64,000 bases of DNA from Klebsormidium nitens (taxonomy: Eukaryota > Plantae > Klebsormidiophyceae), in the NCBI GenBank assembly GCA_000708835.1, contig DF236992.1, positions 142,513-206,512 of the forward strand. The letters are read 5' to 3'. This document shows positions 1 through 11,744 of this stretch, one piece after another. Within the stretch, counting starts at the first letter, position 1. Each line of letters opens with the position of its first letter. The position numbers and the translations under genes were made by a program. The notes under the pieces were generated by a model. That model was given only the letters and a program-made list of their open reading frames with translations, did not search any database and was not told where the DNA came from.

Positions 1-1303
1 TGTGGAGGTAAACCTAAGTCGAGCAGATTGAAGTGAATGGTCCTATTATTAGCTTGTGGACCATACAGCTATTGAGCGGGTAGATCATTGTCCAAGAACA
101 CGCGAAGTCCAGAACATGCGTGTCATGATCGTCTTGCAAGATTGCTGCAACGTTGCTATATATGCATTCAGAAACATTCGGCACATTTGTCCAATTATCT
201 GGCTCGCATCTACGTGCGATCAGAGTCATGCATGCTGGCCGCAGTATGAGCTCCGGTTTGGCACACATGCACTGATTGAATCAACGACGATGCCCCAGTC
301 TTTCTAGTAGTCCGCTGGCGCGCAGCTCATGTACATGACTATGAGACCGTATCATATAGCTAGATTTTGGTGTGCCAGGTTGATAATTTGGGTCAGATGT
401 ATCGCTTTTTACATCAGTGTCAAACAAGTACTTAGCCGCTGAGCGCAGTGTTTGCGTCTGGTATCATGCGCCAGCAGTGCAACTCAAGCGCTTTTATACA
501 TAGATGCACGATACTGAGCCGGCCACGCGCGAACGAAATGCTATTATCGTTTACTACTTGGTCGTGATGGAAGGTACGGTTGGACAGCTCGCGAAGCGCG
601 GGGTCATCCAACCGTACGTCTTGCACGACATTGACTCAGTGATTGACGCAGGAGAACATGGCGCGTACATCATCGCTGACTGACGGTCACTCAATTGCCA
701 GAGAATGGCTGATTATATAGTTGTCATCATGTCGAACGTACAAGTGAATGACATTGTAAGTAGGCATAAGACAGTAGATGCATCAATGAAGCTGCCACTC
801 ACGTTCATCAGACACGTCCATCACTGACCTGAGCGACCATGGAGAGTCAATCGTAGCTGATGCAAATACGTGCAGATTGAAGGAGGTAATCTCCTAAACC
901 CTTGCATTCTATCAATGAATGTGCGTCTATACTACGAGGCGCCTTACATTCTTGCTGTCCGTTCTTCTCGAATCCAACTTTTGTTGAACCCTCCTTTCGG
1001 TTGCCTACAAATGATCCTACGCGTGCAGCATGCTTACGATTGTCGTTCTGCGTACTTAGTCCGAGACTCCAATGGTGAGTCCAGAAGGCAGAAAAGAAGT
1101 AATGAAAAGACACGACTCGTTTCCGTTTTGACTTGGCGAACCGGAGCAGACTCTCCAGATCTATAGTACAGACTTACACCCAATCTAAAGCTAGCCCTCC
1201 TGACCGATGTGCCTATCTCTTGTGCACGCCTCGCTTTCTAAACCCTTCTTAACATGGGTCGAGGGAAGCGTTCCGTTTTTCAAACCCCTCCTTCTCGATC
1301 GGC

Positions 1304-2524
1304 TCATATTCTTTGCTTCTCGAGATCGCGCAGGATCGTTCTGGGACTCCAGAATGCAAACTCTTCCGCAAAGACGCTCTCGGTTGGGGAAGCGGTGCCC
1401 GGTTGCCATTTCCGCGGCCGCGGCGAGTTGAACGTCATACTGACAGAAGCACTCGGTAAGAACAGCGCGGGCGGCTCGAATGTCGTTCGGTTTGCAGAAG
1501 GTCTGGGGGAGGTTGGCGAGCTCGCCTCTCGAAGGACAGCTGGAATCAGAAACTCTCTCTTTCTGACCGTTGGAGATTGGCAATCTGACCTTTTCGCGGG
1601 GGCTCTGGGAGGACTTGGCGAGATTGGCTGTCGAGAGAAAGCTGGGGTCTGGAATCCACTATTTTCGACCGCGGGAGACTCCAGGGAGCGTCGTGAGACG
1701 GTATCGATGTGAGAAAACGGAGATATCTCAGACGGCCTTGGGTACGTCAGCGTCCTCCTGTGAAGTTTCTCTTCCCCCGTCGGTTCGGCAGGCACTTCTC
1801 TGAGCGAGAGGTCTCCCGGGGTGATCTTCCGGTCAGAATCCCAGGAGCAAGTTTCTCTTGGCTTTACTGTCGAGTCGTGGCTGCAAGGGCGGCGGGCTAG
1901 CACTGGGGACGAGGGCTGAATCAGAGGAACGGTGGCCCTCCGTCGAGTCAGAGGAGACCTTTCGACCTTGCTGCGAGGGGCAGGCGGGCAGGGCAGGCCG
2001 TGAAAACAGGGCCCTTCGAAGGTGATGGCCGGAACCTCTGAGCAGTTTTTCGTTGACCGAGGGCTTCTTCTGGGGGTGGTTGGAGAGACAGGAAGTGACT
2101 CTGGAGGACCTTCATGCTGACCAGAAGAAGCGCCGCCAACAGCATTTCGCTTTGTTCCAGGCGTTGAATTCTTGGTCTGACCTCTTGGAAAGGGCCGCGT
2201 GACGAGATCTGGGACCAGGAACTCTGCAGAGCTTCTGAAAGAAGATGCTGCGGCTGCATCCTGGGAACATGACCGTCTCGTGAACTTCTGCTCTGAAAGA
2301 CTCCCTGGATAAGTTCTTGAAAGCGGAAGGTCGAACGGTACGTCTGGCACCCGCAGGGGCATGGGACTTAGAAACTGCACGCCCTGCTCTTCGAAGGGCA
2401 GGCTCGGAACCTCAATCGTCAGACAGAGCATCTTGCTTTCCTTCTTTCTCTTTGAGGTGTCTTGAGAGAGTGCCTCTGACAGGATGGATCTTGAGAAGAC
2501 CAGAGCGTCACCATGGGGAGACAA
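1304..2524 (-). CDS. Large terminal exon of an unknown Ser/Pro/Arg-rich, probably disordered protein; upstream exons unresolved
   Basis: 1221-nt stop-free frame ending in TGA at 1304. A candidate acceptor (ctgcagcag) lies near 2545. No domain recognised. Exon-like segments upstream (about 2913-3086 and 3500-3610) contain in-frame stops, so I could not complete the model. Confidence 0.45.
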   Translation of the reverse strand: MSPHGDALVFSRSILSEALSQDTSKRKKESKMLCLTIEVPSLPFEEQGVQFLSPMPLRVPDVPFDLPLSRTYPGSLSEQKFTRRSCSQDAAAASSFRSSAEFLVPDLVTRPFPRGQTKNSTPGTKRNAVGGASSGQHEGPPESLPVSPTTPRRSPRSTKNCSEVPAITFEGPCFHGLPCPPAPRSKVERSPLTRRRATVPLIQPSSPVLARRPCSHDSTVKPRETCSWDSDRKITPGDLSLREVPAEPTGEEKLHRRTLTYPRPSEISPFSHIDTVSRRSLESPAVENSGFQTPAFSRQPISPSPPRAPAKRSDCQSPTVRKREFLIPAVLREASSPTSPRPSANRTTFEPPALFLPSASVSMTFNSPRPRKWQPGTASPTESVFAEEFAFWSPRTILRDLEKQRI

Positions 2525-5202
2525 GCGCCTGATAAGGCATCTGCTGCAGCCAGAAACGAGATGAATATGAAACGTCTGAAGACACTTCTAGGCTAATCTG
2601 CTTCAGATTATGCACCTTTTCATGAAGACACCACAAGCATGTGTCACATGTTTGCTAAGCTGCTACTGATTCTGCTCCTCTTTTTGCGAAACCCCATTCG
2701 AACATTGGCATGAACTGCATAGGTCTGCAGAATGAACCGCTTTCCCAACAAAAGCACTTCACCATCTCTCTATGAACCTCTTATTGCAGATGCGGAGATC
2801 CTATCGAGCAAGCGGCTGTGGATACATGGTGATGAGTTTTGCTTAAAGTGCACGCCAGCTCGCCAGTGATCACAAACACCCCTCTTCGCTGCAATTCAAG
2901 GTAGCAAAGCTTACCCCTCTCTAGTAAAACCTTGAAACTCCTCCCTCAGGACAGTGTCTCCTCTTAGAGTCTCCACCCTAATCCTTCATTGAGGACAGCT
3001 TCCCAGACCTGAAGAATGCGGAAACGCAGATCATGCACATGTAGCTCTTCTGCAATGAGGACTTGCAAGGCCTTGCGCAACTCAACCTGAACATCTGCAT
3101 GTCTATCAAAAGGTGCGCAAGCGAGGTGCAAGGGCTCAGGCCCTCACTACACCTGCCACCGATCACAACCAATCCTGCCAATGATCGCCAAGCTCTGCAA
3201 GCCTCGCAGCATACGCATGCGCAAAACCAAGAATGCTTTTCTGCTCTAGAAAGCGTCCTAAGCGCACGTCAAGCTCCCTAGGCGCGCTTCTCTAAGACTA
3301 TCTGCTAAGCTCTGCGCGCAGAGGATGCGCACCTTGCGTCAGTGCTCCTCCAAAAGCAGACCTTAGCGCTTTGCGGAGTTGTCTTTCTCGCTTTTTGGGG
3401 CGTCTTTGCGCTTTCGCATGTGCTCTTTTCCGGCCTGGCTGCAGTCGCCACACATTCTGGCGCCTCTTCAGATGAGATGCGCCGTCACCACAAGATCATG
3501 CGGCTAGCCTTTGTTCACGCAGATCGTGTGGAGGTCACTCAAAGGATCATTAAAGTCTCGCTTCGCTGGCGTTCCCTCTCGTCTGCCACGGTGATGATCT
3601 GGCACGTGACCTAGTCCACGTGTCCAGAAGTATGTGGCGCTTCTTCGGTTTGAGCTTCTTGGAACAAACATGCCTAACGTCAGGACCATGACGCCACCCT
3701 TCGGACAATAAGCTCTGACCGACACAATTACACGGATTGCGAGCTGTGGTCTTATGATGGTCTCTGGATCCGTTCTGCTGATGTAGAGCCTTTAAATTGT
3801 TTGCATGTCTCGTCAAAGCTCAACGCCGTATCGAGCAAGTTCACCGGAGGTTTTCAGGCCACGCAGAAGTTTCGCAGGATAACTGACGTGTAATCCAGAT
3901 GCTTTACCAGTGGCTTATGACGCTTGCAGCTGTCCACAAGGAATACAGCTGTCTGATTGGCATCTTCGCGCGATCCTACGACTTGAAAACGCAGAGCTTC
4001 GTTTCTCATTCACAACCGAAGCTATGTATACCACACACCGTCGAGCCGACTGACACGGTATGAGAGGTTCTTTGAAGACGGGTTCAATACAGTGAAAGAA
4101 TACAGCTCGAAAGGCCCATTTTTTAGTACCAAGGTTGGGAGACAGCTGACGTAGGTGAAGGCAATAGTACTCGACTTAGGTTGTATCCGTAATCTTTGGC
4201 CTAGCTATAAGTACGTACTATTGTAGATCAAATTCTTTGCAAACCCCTGAAGCATGCATTTGCGCAGCAGTGGCGGCGCTTCAATCAAGACCTTCCCGAC
4301 ATGGAGGACGTGTAGTGCACCTGATCGAAACAATTGGCTCCTATCTCGAAATTTTTTATCCTTGGCCCGCTTATAAACTGGAATCATGCAATCATTGTGG
4401 CCTAAACGTCGTGAAACGTACGTGCGTGCTACATGATCTTGCCCTACCTGGCCACTGCGCATGCCAGTGCCTTGCCAGGACGGCCACGTACATGCTTTCG
4501 TGACGAGCTAGCGATTATATCATCGTATTCCAGCTCTGAAAAGTGAGCAGCATGATTTGCAAGGAGCCTGAACTCGGATGCCCATATATACGGGTCATAC
4601 CTCGGGCCTTCATATTTTGCGTAGAAGCAAGTCACCGGCACGGTCGATCGATGGGTTAGGCTAACAAGTCGCATGGTGCATGTGTTCTACGATGGACTTT
4701 GCAGCGGGTGTGCAAGAGCTCTGACCCTTAGACGAGTCTTGTTCAGCCTCACAATAATGCATTAGGGTGTGCTATGAGATTTTAATAAGGGCGTACGACC
4801 ATGGGTATATGTCAACTAGTGCGCGCTGCACCGGGCCGCGGTTACCTTGCACATGTATTGGACTACATGCATTCCTCCCGGAACGGATTCTGAACGGAGT
4901 ATGTCTGTACCCTTTCGAACCCTGCCACGTTTTCAGTCCCACTACATCAAAAGATCTGAGGGGCGGAAAAGTGCAGACACGAACCGAAGATATTCTTGGA
5001 GACAGATGTGTTGCTCGACTTAATACCACGGCAAATACCTTCCCTTGCAGTAGCTGCGCAGAAACTCAAGATATGACCTAGAAAAAGTCTCCTCATCCCA
5101 TTGACAGCCCGAGGTCTTTGACGTCACTTCCTGTAATCTACAACTGTGTGGCAACAGTGAAACTTGCAACCGACGACCCGCGCAATGCCCAACGCGTGCA
5201 AC

Positions 5203-7180
5203 TTAGAAGTCCACCTCGATGCCCTCTGGCGGGTCGAACTTGGAGCCCAGCTCGCTCAGCTTCTTGTGGCTGACCGCGTAGTCTGCGAAGAAGGCGTCCT
5301 GGCTCTCACGGTACTTCTCGGCGTACTTGGCGAACTCAGGATCCTTGAAGATGACCTGGTCGGTCGAGAAGGAGATGAGCTCGGGGTCGTGCTTCTCGGC
5401 AGGGTCCACCCAACCGTTGGCCACGTCCTTGGTCACCTGCACAAAAGTGACGTCGTCTTCGTCAGCCAAACATGCGGTGGGTGCAAAACGTCTCAATGAC
5501 GCTTTTGTTTCAAACGTCCAAGGCCCCAAGGAACAAGCGAACAGGATGTCGAACTGTAAGACGAGTGTGACTGTAGGCAATAGCTGAAAAAGTTGCCTGC
5601 AACTCTCTCTTGTTTTGATCAAAGCGAGCAGAATCACTGTATCGACCGACTCATTTCACCGTTTGCCTCTGCCTTGTCAAGCAACTCTCCAAGGACATCT
5701 CGTCCAGCCGACGTGTTGGCAAGACCTGTGCTGCCGAGCGTGTAGAGGATAGAAAGAAGCTCTGCTTTACGTGAATCAGCCTGACTGCAACCGTACCTGG
5801 TAGTAGCTGTTGTTGAACACGAGCCAATCCGGCACCCAGCTGGACCCGCCCGGAGTTCCAATGTCGCCCCCCTCGGTGTACTTGGTCTTGTCAGCCCCGA
5901 AACCGCTCCGGTCGTTGTGAGACCTCCCAATGGTGTGGGCGCCTGCAAACGTAGCGGAAGGTCAGCCGTGAGCATAGCCGACCTGACTAAATTGTCAACA
6001 ACATGGCGTATCGAACAATTAATCACGCTAGCGGATCCTGCGCCAGAGATTTTGTGGCCTGCGTAGCTGTGCCGGTCCATGCCGGAAAAGCGAAAGACAA
6101 GTCCGTCAGAAATTCTTCGGTTTGGTTAATTCGAATCACCAATGCTGAGTCTCAATAAACAAATCTGCTGAGGACAAGGCAATGCTGCTTGTAGGTTAAA
6201 AGGCGAGGTGTTCAGTCCAGACAGTCTCAGGCTTTGAACGCAACCGCAGTCGAGCAAACAACCAGTCACCAAAGGCTGTCGTTGCCGCACCTGACAGGGC
6301 GACGATGTCCTGGTCGGTGAGGCCCATCCTGTAGAAGATGCGGCGCAGATGCTCGCCCGCACTCTCTTTCGAGGCAAGTCCGCCGCCGGCCTTGGCCGTG
6401 CCGGGGACAGCCGCGGGCAGGTTGCCCTCGGGGGAGCAATGCTCAGGAGTATCCACGTCCACACGGCCGAACCTGGTCAACAGAACAAACTGCATCTTTG
6501 AACGTTTCGCTAGCAATTCCCGTATATCCAAAGTTTATCAAGCTATCGAAAGCTGAACATCCAGACATTCGTGATCGGCTGAACATTGTGTCAGCAGTCT
6601 AGAACCGATTCGACGCAGTCTAAAAACAATGAGGCAGCAATGTAACATCAATCAGGGGGCGTGAATAGATTGGTCAGGTCAGACCGGCTGCAATATAGCA
6701 CCCAGCGATACAGCACCCTCAACTTAAGTTGAGTCAATTTGCATCAACCTTGTCCTCGTTCGCTCTCACCCCGGCACCCGAATGAAATCGATAACGGGGT
6801 CGCAAAAGATGCATTTCAAGCATCCCACCATCACACTCTTGCGCAAGCTTGAGAACAGTCACTTACCGGAGGGGCAGCTTGGGCCCGCCCGCCTCCTGAA
6901 TTCCGATCTTGCTGGCCAGCTGGAAGAGGTCGGCGTAGCTGATGGACGGGTACCTCTGCTTGATGGGCTCCAGCAGCGCCAGCGCCTGGTCCAAACCGGC
7001 GTTTGCCCCATGGAGAAGCTCCGGCTTGAAACGAATGCTCCCGACGGCGCCTCCGGCCTTGGGCCACTCGGATGCCGAGATGTTCTTGTCGTACGTGCCC
7101 GAGTCATGCCAGCCGATGCGAACGCAGATGGGGTTGGCGTGGGTGCTGTGGAAGAGCTGCTTCAGGGCCTCAGCGGCACC
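5203..7180 (-). CDS. APX: Ascorbate peroxidase module (class I heme peroxidase, chloroplast/stromal-type signature)
   Basis: Distal motif [12 protein letters not shown]; [13 protein letters not shown]; ANAGL; [10 protein letters not shown]; FGRVD; proximal His in ALSGAHTIGR; [14 protein letters not shown]; TD..IFKDPEF..YAEKY; C-terminus [14 protein letters not shown]. Confidence 0.95.
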
Positions 7181-9468
7181 CTGCGGGCAAGGACGACCAC
7201 TTTGTAAGCAAGCGCGCTCTTCCGAATGGCTCGACACAAGCATGCTTCGGATCTTGGAGGATGTCAAAGTGGAATGGATGTTTCACAAAGCCAACACACA
7301 ATCGCCTGCAACATCCGAGCATCTCAACCAGTGTGTTCTTCTAAATCCGGCGCCCTTTTGTTCCTTCAGTCACGAAAGTACTACCTTGCTCTGCCCGACT
7401 TCTGTACGAGCCGGTCATAATCTGCTAGAGCGAAAGCAATAAGCACCACCTGCAAAGTGAGCCAAGTTCGTCTTTGTCAAGTCAGTCATATCGCAACTTT
7501 CATATCTTCTGTGCAACTATCATGCTGCAAAACTGCAAATCGACCTTCTTTCCCGTACCTTGAGCTGTGCGGTGTACTCCTCAACGTTCCGGGCAGACTC
7601 CGTGCCAGTAATCTTGAGCCAGGAAGGGCGCGTCGAGATGCGCTCCCACCAGGCCTTCAGGTGCGCCCTCCTAAGGAAGCCCGCTCCAGCATCGGTCTTG
7701 AGCAGCAAGGCGGTGTAGGGGAGGTGGCTGAGGTCAGCGAGCGTGAACTCGTCTCCAGCGAGGTACTGGTTCTTGGCCAGGTGGTCCTCGTACACGTCCA
7801 GAACCTGTCAGGATGAGTAACTGGAGGAACTCAGCGACGCCCAGCCAAACACTTATTGCACTGTTCTAAGCTGCTGGGGGCCCGTTGACACTTGGTCTTC
7901 TACATGTCCCGCACCTGTTAATACCAGAAGCTTGCATAGAACACAGCTGATGAAACGCTGTAGAATCTTTGAGTGATACTTTCAAAGAATTCAGAAAGGA
8001 TTCTCGCATGACCATGCCCCGAGATCTGTAAGTTGCTCTATCAAGGCAGGCTGCTTGAGGGAATGAAAAGGGTATGGACATACGATCATACCAGTATCCA
8101 GAAACTTGCAGCCGATCCATTCCGCGTTTGTGAGCAACAAGATTGACAGATGCTCGTAAGTTGCAACTGACCATGCCTCGTTAGTCCCACTGCTCCAATG
8201 CCACGATGTCCACCACCCAAGCTGTGGACCAGGGTCTCAGCATTTTGAACAAAACCCTCTGGTGAACAAAGCACCTTACCTTCTCCAGCTTCTGGATCTG
8301 CTCCTCGACGACTTTCATGTCAGTCTGTCCTCCAAACATTGGTGCAAACACCACCTGGCCAACAATGGTGGCTACAGGGGGGTTGTAGTTTTGCCCCTCG
8401 ACCTCCAGCCATGTGTCGACAAGAGCACGCTGTTTCTCTGTCTTGCCGAAAAGATCGGTTCCCTGGCCGGCCCACTTGGTAGCAATATACCTCGCCATTG
8501 CACGAGACTCTGAAGAGAAGGGAAGGGAGAGTCTCATTTCAACAAATGGCTTTGTGGTGAACATAAACCAGGGCTCATGTATGGGGCTTTCACAAGCACA
8601 GCCAACCTAGGAGATGAATTCCTAGCTCAAGGGTGCAATGCAAAGAACCCGGCAGGTTCGACACCTTTTACCAGCAAAATGTACGCAGATTGAGAGAGGT
8701 GAAGGAGAACGGTGCAATTGACGGGGTCTCGATGAGAGGGTCCTTATCTGCTACACTGAGAATAAGCTGACAAAGAAGCTGCTGAAGGTACACTCCCCTT
8801 CAAGTGCTGATGAAGAGCTGCTTGTCATCACCTGCTTTTTGGTGGACTGCGATATAGACTTACGATAGTCTCTGCTATTGCCAGCACCATGAGGAGTGAG
8901 GTACCTCATACACATGTCAGAAGGTCCTTAGACTTACCGAACATTGTGAGATCCCCGTCCACCAATACAGGAACTTGTCCGAAAGGCTGCCAGAGAGGAA
9001 AGGGTCAACGTCAACAGCTATTCTGAGCATGAAGCCGAGCTTACCTCAGATTTGTGATGCAGCCCTATTACCATCTGCTCACATTTTGATTCAACTTTTG
9101 CGATTGAGAACACAATCAGCCATCACCTTGGGCAGGTTCTAAGCATCGGCTTACAACATACAGCATGTCCAAGATCTGTGCAATTCAGTTTGCTCAAAGC
9201 AGCTTGACACCAAGCAACATTCACACTCAAGTCAATCAACGCTGCTGGATGCACATGTAGCCAAAGCAGCAAATGACTTTTACGACGACCTGGCCGTAAA
9301 GTTCAGATCAGCACTCACCTGGAGTGCCAAAAACTCTGGCGCCTTATGCGCCCCCTTCATGAGATCTACCTCTACCAACTCAAAGTCCACATTCTTTTCC
9401 AGACAGGTTGTCATCACCCTCCTGGTGCAGGTACTGAGGCTCAACCCATGGATCTTCAGTGGCGCCAT
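5203..9468 (-). CDS. Predicted Phi-class glutathione S-transferase / ascorbate peroxidase fusion protein (8 exons, 516 aa)
   Basis: Exons 9468-9319, 8986-8938, 8509-8280, 7804-7559, 7180-6867, 6472-6291, 5942-5797, 5436-5203. All introns are GT-AG, phases are compatible, and the total of 1551 nt gives one open frame. The junction AAG|gtacgg...ttgcccgcag|GGT gives [18 protein letters not shown], which matches the first helix of chloroplast-type APXs (approx. PAQLKSAREDIKELL). Confidence 0.8.
7559..9468 (-). CDS. GSTF: Glutathione S-transferase, Phi class module
   Basis: [18 protein letters not shown] (STCT active-site motif); [18 protein letters not shown]; FESRAMARY; [11 protein letters not shown]; [16 protein letters not shown]; [11 protein letters not shown]. 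Exon layout (50 codons, 49 nt, rest) resembles plant GSTF genes. Confidence 0.95.
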
Positions 9469-11744
9469 CTTAACCTGCCGTCAGAAACAGGGGGAAGTTG
9501 AATGGGGCTGCTCTTGAGTTTTCCAGAAAGAGCTTGATCATCTGCTTGAGGGAGATCCTCCACCAGCAAATGCAGGAGCGTGTACAAAGGCACAAGATAA
9601 TACATCATCTGCGATAATCTCATCTGCTTAACACATCGATCCGACACAGATCAATCCAACAGCATGTTCTTTCCCAGTGGAAAACCTGTTGACTCTATGT
9701 AATAATCGCCTCACAGGTGTTGCCACTGACATTTACAGGTCGCTTTGCTGACTGTTGCATCTCAGATCTAAAGCTGGAGTCAAGTACACCGCGAAGCCCT
9801 CATGATCAGAACAAAACAACATTGCCAGGCTGCTCTAGTGTAAAAACTTTCGTCATCTTGTAGGTCAAAACCAGAAAGCGCAAGTACCAGAGGAATCAGC
9901 AGTAGAACCGCTGAGGCGGACGATGGGACGAGTTCACAAAAGCTCCCTCTTGGCTCAGACTCCCAGTGATCAAGCAAAGCATCATTGTCGCACAGCATCT
10001 CACCTCTCCTTGCACCACCTCCTTCCCACTTCACTTCGTCAAGCAACGAACGGCAGACAACCCTCGCGTGTGCTCGTAACTGATTTATCCAATGGCGGCT
10101 ACTCTAATGGAGGAGAGACCAATGGAAGCAGATAAAGTTTCTAACACAAGCTGGAGCACAGCATTGGCAACAGCCAGCTGCGTCTGGACGACCTCTCTCT
10201 CCTGTGCTACCGGTACAGCCTACAGGAGTAGCACGTAGGTAATCAAGACTCAAGACTACGTGACTGGTGAACCTGATTCGCATCCAAGATTCTAGGCGAC
10301 ATGGGCGGTTGGATCCACATTTTTGCTATCGGACGGCTTTGAAAAGCCTGCTAGAAACTTCGCTCACGTGGCCATCGGTGTACAACGTATTACCTAGTAC
10401 ACTGTAGTCTGTATGACGCCATTGAATCTAGCAATCAGGATACGGTAGGTACAGTCCGATAGACTCTAGAGTCCAGACGTCCTCCAGACTCCAAAGGTTA
10501 CCGGTAGGCTGTACAGTGTACATAGCCTGTTGAAGAGTGAAAGCTTCTGGAGTCAAGTTCAACTTCAATGCTCCAAAGGGAGAATAGGATTTTGAACAGT
10601 GCTCCTCATGCTAACAGATATTGGTCGGAAGGTAACAACCACTTGAATGGTTGGCGATTCCAAACAGAGAAGACAGTGGTTTGCTATGTTGATGTAAGCC
10701 CCAAAGCCCACCATCATACTTGAAACGATCGAAAACGACAGTTGAGGTGCCATGCTCCCATTCGTTTCTCCACAGTTGCATCTTTCAAGTGCCCCTCAAG
10801 TGCATTCTAACTTCATAGAGCTCCTGATGTACAAAAAGGCTTATGTCCAAAGTCACTTGAATCGAGCTTGAGTCCAGCATCCAACCGAGCGAGCACCTGG
10901 TACGCGGAAACGATCGGCCATACTACCGCATGCAACCCAACAAGGGAGGAAGGGAATATGGCAAGTGCATAGAATGGTGGCCACCAGGCTTTGATCCAAG
11001 CTTTCAGCTGCTCAAACCTAGAAATCACAACTATTGACATGCATATGGCGTGCCAACGCGAAATGCCTGTTTCCAGATCTTGACAGATCTTGACTGGAAA
11101 CATTATTCATCTCAAACGCAATGGAGCAAGTCCATTGGGGGTCCATTGGCCAAGTCATTGGTGCACATGGCTGTCAAGCGAAGGAGCCTGGGCGTCAATT
11201 CTTTATCCTATTTTCTTGGAAGGGGACATATCAACATATGGAACGGCTCACGCAATTGTAGCCGACTCTCAATCCAACCTTCCACCGCATGATTACTGTT
11301 GCGAATCTAGCCTTAGAGCTTTTCGACCCCGAATGGTGTGCATTGAGCCCCCCAAGTCGGAGGTCCATTCCTACAATCTGCAGTCATTACGAGAAGCAAC
11401 GAGTGCGCCCGCATTTCCAACGCTTTTTCGGGGAGCCCCTTCTGTTAGCTGGCGCACTTCCGCCCTTTCTCATGTGTAGCTTCGACACACTACTTAAAAC
11501 GTGACGACTCGTTGCTCATTCTATGTGAGCGCTCCCCCACCAGCACTTGCACAAAACCGGTGTCACTCTCTGCCCGGCCCTTTTGCATCTATGGACCGGG
11601 CGCCTAGACGCACCTTGCTCTGATGTTGTGATGTCACTGTACCTTGCGCTCGTCCAAACGATCACTCGGAGTCAACACCCGTTGAACGCTTCAGCGTGAT
11701 ATGACTTCCCATACCCATTGTTGAATAGTCTGAGATATTGGGCG

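Noticed and set aside
7384-7417. Possible independent APX first exon (ATG ACC GGC TCG ... CAA G|gtagta)
   Set aside because: It ends in phase 1, whereas the APX acceptor at 7180 needs phase 0. The GST exon donor fits both the phase and the protein alignment.
10565-11479. Scattered 60-130-aa ORFs with some hydrophobic stretches
   Set aside because: I could not join them into a phase-consistent gene model and recognised no family motif.
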